Assembly (NCBI GenBank): GCA_963780745.1
Contig: CAWACT010000010.1
Span: 196,555-260,554 of the forward strand
DNA length: 64,000 bases
Reading direction: 5' to 3'
Source: an uncultured Actinomycetes bacterium
Lineage (GTDB): Bacteria > Actinomycetota > Acidimicrobiia > Spongiisociales > DATADW01
Below the pieces are notes generated by a model. That model made no database searches, was not told where the DNA came from, and saw only the letters and a program-made list of their open reading frames with translations. Positions within the stretch are counted from its first letter, which is position 1, and each line of letters opens with the position of its first letter. The translations under genes were made by a program, and so were the position numbers. Positions 1 to 9,465 of the stretch are shown piece after piece.

Positions 1-2
1 CA

Positions 3-182
3 CCGCCGGTCATCGCAAAGAACGTATGGGACGCAACTTGGATCAACTATCTCCGCTTTGACAACCGCGCCGCATTCCGCCAGATGACCGCCTACGTTCT
101 TCCTGAGTCTTCGCTACCCGAGGAGCTCGTCGGCGTGGGTGTCAACGTCAACCCGTACGAGGTCGACGGGCTGATCCAGTAG
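3..182 (+). CDS. 3' end of a hypothetical protein (truncated by window edge)
   Basis: Open frame from 3 (PPVIAKNVWDATWINYLRFDN...EVDGLIQ) ending in TAG at 180-182. Confidence 0.55.
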   Translation, partial: PPVIAKNVWDATWINYLRFDNRAAFRQMTAYVLPESSLPEELVGVGVNVNPYEVDGLIQ

Positions 183-202
183 CAGGGTTACCCTCCCCGG
201 CC

Positions 203-1058
203 ATGCGTACTCCCCCGCGGGTGATGCCGGCGTTGGTGACCCCGTTCACCGCCGACGGCGAGCTCGATCTCGAATCGCACCGCCACAACCTCCGCACCCT
301 CGCCGCAGAGGGAATCAACGGGTTCCTCATCGCCGGATCGACCGGCGAGGGGGCCTACCTCGAACCGGGTGAGCGGGAGGAACTGCTACGAACCGCGCGC
401 CACGAACTTGGGCGCCGGCCCTTCCTGCTCGGCGGTGTTGTCGCCGAGACCGAGCGAGCCGCCCGGGCCCAACTCGCCGAGGTTGCGGCAGGCGGGGCCG
501 ACGGAGCGCTGGTGATCACGCCCACCACCCTGGTCCGTAACCGCCATCCGTTGGTCAAGCGGTTTTACACAGACCTGGCCGACGATGCGCCGGTTCCCCT
601 GATGCTCTATTCGGTGCCCTCATACACCGCCTACCCACTCCCCACCGAGGTGGCGGTCGAGCTGTCGGCGCATCCGGCGATCGTGGGGATGAAGGACTCG
701 GGGGGAGACCCGGTGCGGATGGGCGACCTGGTGGCGGGTTGCACCGACGGGTTCTTCCTGTTCTGCGGATCCTCGGCGGCGTTGAGCCAGGCGGTGGCGG
801 CCGGGAGCATACGGGGCGATCACAGCCAGCGCCAACTACGCCCCGGCTCTCGTTGCCGAGGTGGTCAAGCGACGCAGGCCCGGTCCATGGCAGCGGCGAC
901 TGACCGGCATGAGCCGGGGAATCGAGGTCCACGGCGTGCCCGGGGTGAAGGCCGCCGCCGCCGCGTTCGGGCTTCGTCCCGGGTTCGCTCGCCTCCCGCT
1001 GCGCCCGGTCACCCGGCGGGATGCCGCGGGGCTGGCCGAACTAGTCGCCGAGGGCTGA
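203..1058 (+). CDS. Dihydrodipicolinate synthase (DapA) family protein, one frameshift near 810
   Basis: PALVTPF, GSTGEG, LMLY, GMKDSGG motifs; C-terminus (HGVPGVKAA...RLPL) in frame of ORF 861..1058. Confidence 0.85.
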
Positions 1059-1108
1059 TCACAGGCCGGTTGCTACCCTCGCCGGGTCGCTACAGAGGAG
1101 ATCTCCCA

Positions 1109-1495
1109 ATGGCCGTCAAGTTCCTCTCCGAGGAGTGGGCCCAGTCGACCACCGATGCTCTCAACAGCCACGACGGCTTCAAGAGCGCCATCGGGAACGC
1201 CGACCTCGGCATCCAGTTCACCGTGAGCGACACGCCAGAGGGCGACGTCAACTACTACCTGAAGACGGGGGAAGGCGCCGCCCAACTCGCCATCGGTGAT
1301 CTCGAGGGCGCCGACGTCACGGTTACCAACGAATACCCCACCGCCGTCGCCATCGCCAAGGGCGAGCTCAACACGCAGATGGCCTTCATGCAGGGCAAGC
1401 TCAAGGTCGGGGGGAACCTGGCCAAGCTGATGATGCACCAATCGGCGGTGCAGCAGTGGAGCAACGCCGTCGCCGGTATGGACGTCGAGTACTAG
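1109..1495 (+). CDS. SCP2 sterol-binding domain protein
   Basis: MAVKFLSEEW...AFMQGKLKVGGNLAKLM; RBS GAGGAG upstream of ATG 1109. Confidence 0.88.
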   Translation: MAVKFLSEEWAQSTTDALNSHDGFKSAIGNADLGIQFTVSDTPEGDVNYYLKTGEGAAQLAIGDLEGADVTVTNEYPTAVAIAKGELNTQMAFMQGKLKVGGNLAKLMMHQSAVQQWSNAVAGMDVEY

Positions 1496-1534
1496 AGATC
1501 GGGAGGGGGCAGGCCCCCGGCCGGGGTAGAGGGA

Positions 1535-1640
1535 CTGCCTCCCCCGGTGAGGGGAGGCGCCGAGCGGAGCGAGCGAGGGGGTGGTTTCGCACCCGTCGGG
1601 GAGACTCCGGGGACTCCCCCGAGCCCCCCTTCGGGGGACG
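1535..1640. repeat. REP-like palindromic element, family A copy 1
   Basis: CTGCCTCCCCCGGTGAGGGGAGG...GCGGAGCGAGCGAGGGGGTG also at 15495 and reverse-complemented near 27685-27735. Confidence 0.75.
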
Positions 1641-1646
1641 GATTGC

Positions 1647-1681
1647 AGAAGGGCCGCCCCGAGGGGCGGCCCTTCTTTTTC
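1647..1681. terminator. Rho-independent terminator between convergent SCP2 gene and hup
   Basis: AGAAGGGCCGCCCC-GA-GGGGCGGCCCTTCT followed by TTTT. Confidence 0.8.
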
Positions 1682-1697
1682 TGGTCGGTAGGGGGTT

Positions 1698-1982
1698 TTA
1701 GCGTCTTGTGTCGGCGATGGCCGACTTGAGCTGGGAGCCGGCGGTGAACTTCGGGGCCTTGCGGGCCGCGATGTCGATCTTCTCGCCGGTCCGCGGGTTG
1801 ACGCCGGTCCGGGCGGCCCTGTCGGACACCCCAAACGTCCCGAACCCGGTGATCGTCACCTTGTTGCCCCTCTTGAGTTCGTCGGTGATCGACTCGAAAA
1901 CCGCGTCAACCGCGGCAGATGCGGAAGCCTTGCTTCCACCCGTCGCGGAGGCTACTGCCTCCACCAAATCGCTCTTGGTCAT
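1698..1982 (-). CDS. hup: HU family DNA-binding protein
   Basis: MTKSDLV...GFGTF...RAARTGVNPRTGEKIDIAA..PKF signature. Confidence 0.95.
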   Translation of the reverse strand: MTKSDLVEAVASATGGSKASASAAVDAVFESITDELKRGNKVTITGFGTFGVSDRAARTGVNPRTGEKIDIAARKAPKFTAGSQLKSAIADTRR

Positions 1983-2088
1983 GGTTCTGCCCTCCTTGGC
2001 AGGAATAACACCCTTGTCACTCTAAGCATGCTGGCTTACTTCGACAAGCACGGACCCGCTCCCCGTGCGGGTTTCGGTCGGCAAGGAC

Positions 2089-3027
2089 TCACCCGAGGTC
2101 GATCTGACGAAGCTCGTCAACCTTCTCCTTGACCGCTCCGGCAGCTTGGCGGAGCCCGTTCAACTCGTCCTCGGCAAGCGCGAGCTCGACGATCTCGGTG
2201 ACTCCCCCGGCACCGATCCGAGCAGGAACCCCCAGGTAGACGCCATCGATGCCGTACTGACCCGCCACCCAAGCGCACACCGGTAGCACCTCATTGGTAT
2301 CGCCGAGCACCGACGCGACCATCTGGGCGGCGGCGCTCGATGGGGCGTAATAGGCGCTCCCGGTCTTGAGGAGGCCGACGATCTCGGCGCCGCCCTCACG
2401 GGTTCGCTCCACCAGCTTGTCGATCTCCGAAGCGTCGAGAACATCGGTGAGCGGCCGGCCGGCAACGGTGCAGTGGGATGGCACGGGGACCATGGTCTCG
2501 CCGTGGCTGCCCAGGGTGAGCGCCTCGACTTCGAGGATGTCGCTCCCGGTCGCTTCTGCGATGAAATGGGCAAACCGTGCCGAATCCAGAATCCCAGCCT
2601 GACCCATCACCCGGTCTCGGGGGAAGCCGGACACATCGGCGGCAAGAGTCGTCATGTGGTCGAGCGGGTTGGTGACAACGATGATCACCGCCTCGGGCGA
2701 GCCGGCGGCCACCTCCTCGGTGACCCCCTTGACGATCTTGGCATTGGCCTCGAGGAGGTCCATCCGTGACATCCCGGGCCGGCGAGGCAGCCCGGCGGTG
2801 ATCACTACGACGTCGCTCCCCGCTGTGTCCGCATAGTCGTTGCTCCCCACGACCACCGTGCGGTAGCGCTCGACGGGGCGCGCCTGGTTCATGTCGAGCG
2901 CCAGGCCCTGGGGCAGGCCCTCGACGATGTCGGTCATCACGACCTCGTCCACCAGGTCTGCTTCGGCGATGCGCTGTACCGTCGTCGACCCGTACTTCCC
3001 GGCCCCAACCACCGTCACCTTGCGCAT
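2089..3027 (-). CDS. mdh: Malate dehydrogenase (LDH-like)
   Basis: VVGAG, TAGLPRRPGMSRMDLL, VTNPLD, GSHG, GSAYYAP. Confidence 0.95.
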   Translation of the reverse strand: MRKVTVVGAGKYGSTTVQRIAEADLVDEVVMTDIVEGLPQGLALDMNQARPVERYRTVVVGSNDYADTAGSDVVVITAGLPRRPGMSRMDLLEANAKIVKGVTEEVAAGSPEAVIIVVTNPLDHMTTLAADVSGFPRDRVMGQAGILDSARFAHFIAEATGSDILEVEALTLGSHGETMVPVPSHCTVAGRPLTDVLDASEIDKLVERTREGGAEIVGLLKTGSAYYAPSSAAAQMVASVLGDTNEVLPVCAWVAGQYGIDGVYLGVPARIGAGGVTEIVELALAEDELNGLRQAAGAVKEKVDELRQIDLG

Positions 3028-3135
3028 GATTTCTCCCGTGATGGAGCCGGAAGGGTAGCCAGGACCGCTTTCTGTCCCGATATAGGTTCATCGACCCATT
3101 GACCGCGTGCGCCCTGACAACCCGACAATCTGTAT

Positions 3136-3403
3136 TACGCCCCCCAGGGGGTGAATCAGTAGGGATGCGGAAGAGTCGGTTCGGTCCTCGCAAGGGAACC
3201 GGCGATCACCACTCCGACCCAAGGGGTTGGCCGAAAGGCCCAAGGGGGTGGCGCGGAGAGGTGCGGTGGGGCTGAGCTCAGTAACGGGGAACACTGAGCT
3301 CAGCCCCCACCGGGGGACTTGGAAGTCATACCGAAGAGCATGATGGGTCGTCGCCAGGCGGCCCATCATCTGCGTTCAGACCTCGACACAAGTCATCCCC
3401 AGG
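3136..3403 (+). ncRNA. Candidate structured non-coding RNA (unassigned, possibly Ms1-like)
   Basis: Consecutive stems with GNRA loops (GCAA 3190, GAAA 3233) and G-U pairs that work only on the + strand; long near-perfect stem 3266-3310; upstream TTGACC (3099)...GACAAT (3124). Confidence 0.6.
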
Positions 3404-3411
3404 ACCTCAGT

Positions 3412-4614
<1,203 letters not shown>

Positions 4615-4694
4615 TCGTTTGGCTCCTCGCGTTCGCCTTGGCGGCGAACCCTAGGTCGCGGCGGGGAGATCCGTTTCGGCGTCAACTGACGCGG

Positions 4695-5570
4695 TCATGG
4701 CGCGTTTAGTGACGCCAAAAGCGGGTTTTGCTCGGCGGCGGTCACCGTGTTGACCAGCAGCATCGCCCGCGTCATGGGGCCGACGCCGCCGGGGACCGGG
4801 GTTATGGCGCCGGCGACATCGACTACCGAGTCGAAGACGACATCGCCCCGCAGCCCTTCGGCGGTGCGGGTGGTGCCGACGTCAACCACCACGGCGCCCG
4901 GCTTGACCAAGTCGGCCGTGATCAAACCCGGAACGCCCACCGCGCTCACCAACAGGTCGGCCTCGCGGGTCAATGCACCAAGATCGGGCGTCCTGGTGTG
5001 GGCGATCGCCACCGTGGCGTCGGCACCGCGGGCGCTGAGCATCAGCGCCAGCGGGCGCCCCACCAGGAAGGAGCGGCCAACGATCACGGCGCGCCTGCCC
5101 GACGTGGCCAGCCCGTGATGCTCCAGAAGCCGCAGGATCCCGCTCGGGGTGCATGGCCGCAGCCCGGGACGGCCCAGCACCAGGAGGCCGAGGTTGAAGG
5201 GGTGAAGGCCGTCAACGTCCTTGGCCGGGTCGACCCTCTCGGTGATGGTGTCTGAGTCGAGTCCCTCGGGCAGGGGGAGCTGTACCAGGATCCCGTGGAC
5301 AGCGGGATCGTGGTTCAGCTCATCGATAACCGCCTCCAGACGCACGCGGCCGGTGTCGGCCGGCAACTCATGGTGGATGCTCGCAATGCCGACCTCCTCG
5401 GCATCACGTCTCTTGTGGCGCACGTAGAGATGCGACGCCGGGTCGTTGCCCACCACCACGGTGGCGAGCCCGGGTTGCACCCCGAGAGCCCGCAACGCGG
5501 CGACTCGCGTGGTCACCTCGGACTTGACCTGGCTCGCCACCGGTCGCCCGTCGAGGATGGCGGCGGTCAT
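4695..5570 (-). CDS. folD: Methylenetetrahydrofolate dehydrogenase/cyclohydrolase
   Basis: GILVQLPLP, KDVDG, PCTP, TPVPGGVGPMT. Confidence 0.96.
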   Translation of the reverse strand: MTAAILDGRPVASQVKSEVTTRVAALRALGVQPGLATVVVGNDPASHLYVRHKRRDAEEVGIASIHHELPADTGRVRLEAVIDELNHDPAVHGILVQLPLPEGLDSDTITERVDPAKDVDGLHPFNLGLLVLGRPGLRPCTPSGILRLLEHHGLATSGRRAVIVGRSFLVGRPLALMLSARGADATVAIAHTRTPDLGALTREADLLVSAVGVPGLITADLVKPGAVVVDVGTTRTAEGLRGDVVFDSVVDVAGAITPVPGGVGPMTRAMLLVNTVTAAEQNPLLASLNAP

Positions 5571-5613
5571 GTTCCGGCTGCCGTCAAGGAGCCGGCGGAC
5601 GCGGTCACCCGTC

Positions 5614-7149
5614 TCAATGGAGAAAGTGCCGACTGCCGGTGAAGACGAGGGCCATATCGTGCTCTTCGGCGGCGGCGATGACCTCCTGGTCCCGCACCGA
5701 CCCGCCGGGCTCGATCACCGCAGCGACCCCGGCCGCGGCCAGAGTGTCGATTCCATCGCGGAAGGGAAAGAGCGCTTCGCTGGCTGCGACGCCGCCTCGC
5801 GCTCGGTGGTCGGCGCGCCGCACGGCCCGTTCCGCTGCGCCGACCCGGCTCTGGTCGCCCGCCCCGATGCCCACCGCCGTGCCGTCGATTGCGATCACGA
5901 TCGCGTTGGACTTGGTGTGGGCGGCGACGGTCCAGGCGAACTCGAGGTCGGACCATTCGTCCGACGTGGGCTCTCGGGAGGTGACCGTCTTCCAGTCCGG
6001 ACTACGCAGATCGACCCGATCCTGTGTCTGTGCGAGGAAGCCCCCCTCGACGGAGCGCAGATCCAGGACCTCGCCGTCGGGCCGGGGGGCGACGACGACG
6101 CGCAGCCCCTTTCGCTCGGAGAGGCGGCCCGCCGCAGCAGGCTCGACTTCGGGAGCGATGACGACCTCGAGGAATGACTCGCTCATCCGCTCGGATGTGG
6201 CGACGTCGAGTGGGCGGTTGAGCGCCACCACACCTCCAAACGCCGAGAGCGGGTCGCAATCCCAGGCGGCGCGATACGCACCGTCAATTGCGGACCGCAC
6301 GGCCACTCCGCAGGGATTGGTGTGTTTGACGATCACGGCAGCCGGATCGGAAAACGCCCAGACGAGTCGCCACGCCGCCGAGGCATCGGCGTAGTTGTTG
6401 AACGACATCTCCTTGCCCTGGAGTACCTTGGCCCGGCTCCACCAGGGCTCGGCGCCGGAAATCCGGTAGATCGCCGCCTCCTGGTGCGGGTTCTCGCCGT
6501 AGCGGAGACCGGCGAACCGCTCCAAAGCCAGCACGATGGTCTCCGGCATCTCGCTCCCCCGTTCGAGCCAGCGGAGGATCGCAGCGTCGTAGCCAGCGGT
6601 GTGGAAGAAGGCCCGCTTGGCCAGCCTGCGTCGCAGCTCATCCTCGAGCCCGCCCTGTTCGACGGCGCTGACCACCTCGTCGTAATCGTCCGGGCTGACC
6701 ACCACGCCGACACGGGAGTGGTTCTTGGCAGCGGCGCGGATCAGGGCAACGCCTCCGATATCGATCTGCTCGATCGCCTCGTCGTTACCCGCCTCGGGAC
6801 GCGCCACCGTCTCGGCGAACGGGTAGAGGTTCACCACGACAAGGTCGATGAGGCCGATCCCGTACTCCTCGAGGTCGGCTAGGTGCTCGGGACGTGCCGG
6901 GTCGGCCAGGATTCCCCCATGTACCGCGGGGTGAAGTGTCTTCACCCTTCCGGAGAGGATCTCGGGCGAGCCGGTCACATCGGCCACCGGGGTCACATCC
7001 AAACCAGCCTCGGCCAGCATCGCCGCCGTCCCCCCGCTGGCGATCAACTCGACCTCCGCTACCGCCAGGCGACGGGCAAGATCGACCAGACCGGTGGTGT
7101 CGGAGACGGAGAGGATCGCCCGATGGACCGCGGTCCGTTGACCGCTCAT
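5614..7149 (-). CDS. purH: Bifunctional AICAR formyltransferase/IMP cyclohydrolase
   Basis: GRVKTLHP, IDIGG, LRYGENPHQ, KHTNPCG, KSNAI. Confidence 0.96.
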   Translation of the reverse strand: MSGQRTAVHRAILSVSDTTGLVDLARRLAVAEVELIASGGTAAMLAEAGLDVTPVADVTGSPEILSGRVKTLHPAVHGGILADPARPEHLADLEEYGIGLIDLVVVNLYPFAETVARPEAGNDEAIEQIDIGGVALIRAAAKNHSRVGVVVSPDDYDEVVSAVEQGGLEDELRRRLAKRAFFHTAGYDAAILRWLERGSEMPETIVLALERFAGLRYGENPHQEAAIYRISGAEPWWSRAKVLQGKEMSFNNYADASAAWRLVWAFSDPAAVIVKHTNPCGVAVRSAIDGAYRAAWDCDPLSAFGGVVALNRPLDVATSERMSESFLEVVIAPEVEPAAAGRLSERKGLRVVVAPRPDGEVLDLRSVEGGFLAQTQDRVDLRSPDWKTVTSREPTSDEWSDLEFAWTVAAHTKSNAIVIAIDGTAVGIGAGDQSRVGAAERAVRRADHRARGGVAASEALFPFRDGIDTLAAAGVAAVIEPGGSVRDQEVIAAAEEHDMALVFTGSRHFLH

Positions 7150-7763
7150 GCCCTCTCCCAGATGACGCGGTGGCCCTCGAGCCGGAGACGTTGATGGGCG
7201 AATGCACTGACGACCTCGGGGTACAAGCGGTGCTCCTCGGTCTGGATACGGGAGTGAAGGGTGTCGGGCGTGTCGCCCTCCACCACCTCCACAGCCTTCT
7301 GGGCGATGATCGGCCCATGGTCGACCTGCTCATCGACGAAGTGGATCGTCACCCCGGTCACCTTGACCCCGTGAGCCAAGGCGTCCTCGACGGCACGACT
7401 TCCGGGGAACGAGGGGAGCAGCGACGGGTGGATGTTGAGGATGCGGTGAGGGAAACGGTGGATCGCCACCGGGGCGAGCACCCGCATGAACCCGGCCAGA
7501 ACCAGCGCCACCGCACCATGACGCTCTGCGGTGTCACACACCGCAACCGTGAAGCTCTCTCTGTCGGCGACTTCGGACCAGTCGACGACCACCGTGGGGA
7601 CGCCGGCGTCCTCTGCCCGGTCGATCGCCTTGACCCCGGGCCGGTCGGAGATGACCACCGCGACCGCCGCACCGAATCCCGGGTCGACCGCTGCGTCGAG
7701 CAGTGCATCGAGGTTGGTCCCCGACCCGGACACGAGAACGGCGATGGGCATGGGCGACGACAC
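7146..7763 (-). CDS. purN: Phosphoribosylglycinamide formyltransferase
   Basis: SGSGTNL, LAGFMR, NIHPSLLP, VDHGPII; start may be the ATG near 7751. Confidence 0.95.
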   Translation of the reverse strand: MSSPMPIAVLVSGSGTNLDALLDAAVDPGFGAAVAVVISDRPGVKAIDRAEDAGVPTVVVDWSEVADRESFTVAVCDTAERHGAVALVLAGFMRVLAPVAIHRFPHRILNIHPSLLPSFPGSRAVEDALAHGVKVTGVTIHFVDEQVDHGPIIAQKAVEVVEGDTPDTLHSRIQTEEHRLYPEVVSAFAHQRLRLEGHRVIWERA

Positions 7764-7847
7764 CAGGACGACCGATCTTAGGGTTCAGCCCGTCCCGCTC
7801 CCCGGTACCACCAGCTAACTTCCCAGACCCGTCGAGAGAGGTGCAGG

Positions 7848-8666
7848 GTGGCGACGGAAGAAGAGCTGTTGGCGCCGCTGTTCGACGCAGCGCTGGCCGG
7901 TGAGCCGGAACCCTTGGAGCGATATCTGAAATCCAACAGCCGGCTGCCCGGTCCGCGAATGAACCTGTCTCTGGCAATGGCGGTGGGACGGGTTGCCGGC
8001 AAGATGGCAGCGAAACCCGGGGCGGAGGAGTCGCTGGAGTCGGTTCTCGACCGGTGGGCGGCGACGCCGGTGGAACAGGCTCCTCCCAATGACCCAGGTG
8101 AGATCCTCCCTGCGGTGGCGCCGTTGGCATATGGCCAGGTGGCAGTGACTCGGCCCGAGTGGTGGGAGGACGAGCTGGCCAAGCTGCGTCGGTCGGCAAG
8201 CGACTCCCGCTGGCGGGTTCGCGAACTGGTCGCCGCCGGTTTGCAGACCATGCTCGCCGCCAACTGGGATCGGACCCTTGCCGCGCTCCGCTCCTGGGTC
8301 GCCGATGGAAGGCCTCTCGAGGTGAGGGCCGCAGCGGCTGCCGTCGCCGAGCCGCCGCTCCTCGACGACCCCGATCGTGGGCAAGACGCGCTCGCCATCC
8401 AGGACGCGGCCGTCGGTGTGCTGGCCGCTGTCCCGCTCGTCGATCGCCGCAACGATGATGTGCGGGTGCTGCGCCGAGGCCTCGCATACACCGTGGGTGT
8501 GGCGGTCGCTTCGGTCCCCGAGCCCGGGACGCGGCTGCTGCTGAGAATGGCCAGGTCGGGCGACCCCGACCAGACGTGGGTGGTGAGGGAGAACCTGAAG
8601 AAGGCACGTCTCCGGCGGATCCCCGAGGTGTCGACCAGGGTCGGCGCTGTGATGGGCGATGGTTGA
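7848..8666 (+). CDS. HEAT-repeat / DNA alkylation repair-like hypothetical protein
   Basis: NSRLPGPRMNL, ASDSRWRVRE, VRENLKKARL; helical repeat character. Confidence 0.65.
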   Translation: MATEEELLAPLFDAALAGEPEPLERYLKSNSRLPGPRMNLSLAMAVGRVAGKMAAKPGAEESLESVLDRWAATPVEQAPPNDPGEILPAVAPLAYGQVAVTRPEWWEDELAKLRRSASDSRWRVRELVAAGLQTMLAANWDRTLAALRSWVADGRPLEVRAAAAAVAEPPLLDDPDRGQDALAIQDAAVGVLAAVPLVDRRNDDVRVLRRGLAYTVGVAVASVPEPGTRLLLRMARSGDPDQTWVVRENLKKARLRRIPEVSTRVGAVMGDG

Positions 8667-8738
8667 TCCCGGCGGCGGCCGTCACCGGTCCCCTACTGGG
8701 TGTGGGACCATGGCGCGGTCGGACAGAAGGGACTGATC

Positions 8739-9449
8739 ATGGACTGGACCGAGGCGGCCCGCGACCTCACCACGACATTGGGCCTGGCACACCCGCCACT
8801 GGCAATCAGCTTCCACTCCGGTCCGCCGCCCGGCGTCCCCGCCTTCGACGCCCCCATGTCCGATCCGACGATCGACGGCCGGAGCGGGCGGGTACCTGCC
8901 TCGTGCGTCTTCTGGATGCACGCCTCGCATAGCCGTTTCTCAACCGTCGCCGCCGATCACGGCAACTGCAGCGTGGGCCGGTTCACCCATGGCTTCGCCG
9001 AGGCCAAGGACATAGTCGACAAGGACGACGTCGCCACGCTGCTCGACGTGGGATGGGTCACCATGGAGGCGTTCGCTCAAGTACCGCAGGTGGAGAGCCA
9101 GCCGGGCGCCATCGTTTACGGTCCGCTGGCCGGCGCCGACGAGCCCGACATCGTCTTCCTCCGACTCGACGCCCGTCAGCTCATGGAGTTGGCGGATGCG
9201 GTCCCCGACCTGGAGGTGACCGGCAAGCCGCAGTGCCAGATAATCCCTCGCGCTCTCCACCAGGGCCAGGTCGCCGCCAGCCTCGGTTGCGCCCTGAGCA
9301 GGGCACGAACCGGGATGGGCGACGACGAGCACACCTGCGCCATACCCGCCTCGAGGGTCGAGGATATCCTGCGCCGGCTGACGTCGGTGCGGACCGCCGA
9401 CTTGGCGGTTGCCGGCTACGCCGCGGAGGACGCCAGGCGCTTCGGGTAG
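8739..9449 (+). CDS. DUF169 domain protein
   Basis: PLAISF, several conserved Cys, YGPL..PD, SLGC..SR. Confidence 0.75.
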   Translation: MDWTEAARDLTTTLGLAHPPLAISFHSGPPPGVPAFDAPMSDPTIDGRSGRVPASCVFWMHASHSRFSTVAADHGNCSVGRFTHGFAEAKDIVDKDDVATLLDVGWVTMEAFAQVPQVESQPGAIVYGPLAGADEPDIVFLRLDARQLMELADAVPDLEVTGKPQCQIIPRALHQGQVAASLGCALSRARTGMGDDEHTCAIPASRVEDILRRLTSVRTADLAVAGYAAEDARRFG

Positions 9450-9465
9450 GCGTCGCACCTGGGAC

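Noticed and set aside
203-1495. Apparent 430-aa DapA-SCP2 fusion protein
   Set aside because: Frameshift artefact: the DapA C-terminus is in another frame ending at 1058, and SCP2 has its own RBS and ATG at 1109
3088-3369. 93-aa ORF or a riboswitch for mdh in the icd-mdh gap
   Set aside because: The ORF has no protein-like features; GNRA loops and G-U pairs favour the + strand, with no downstream + gene. GGAGAG and CCGAAG words resemble a glycine riboswitch but the CTCTCAGG element is absent
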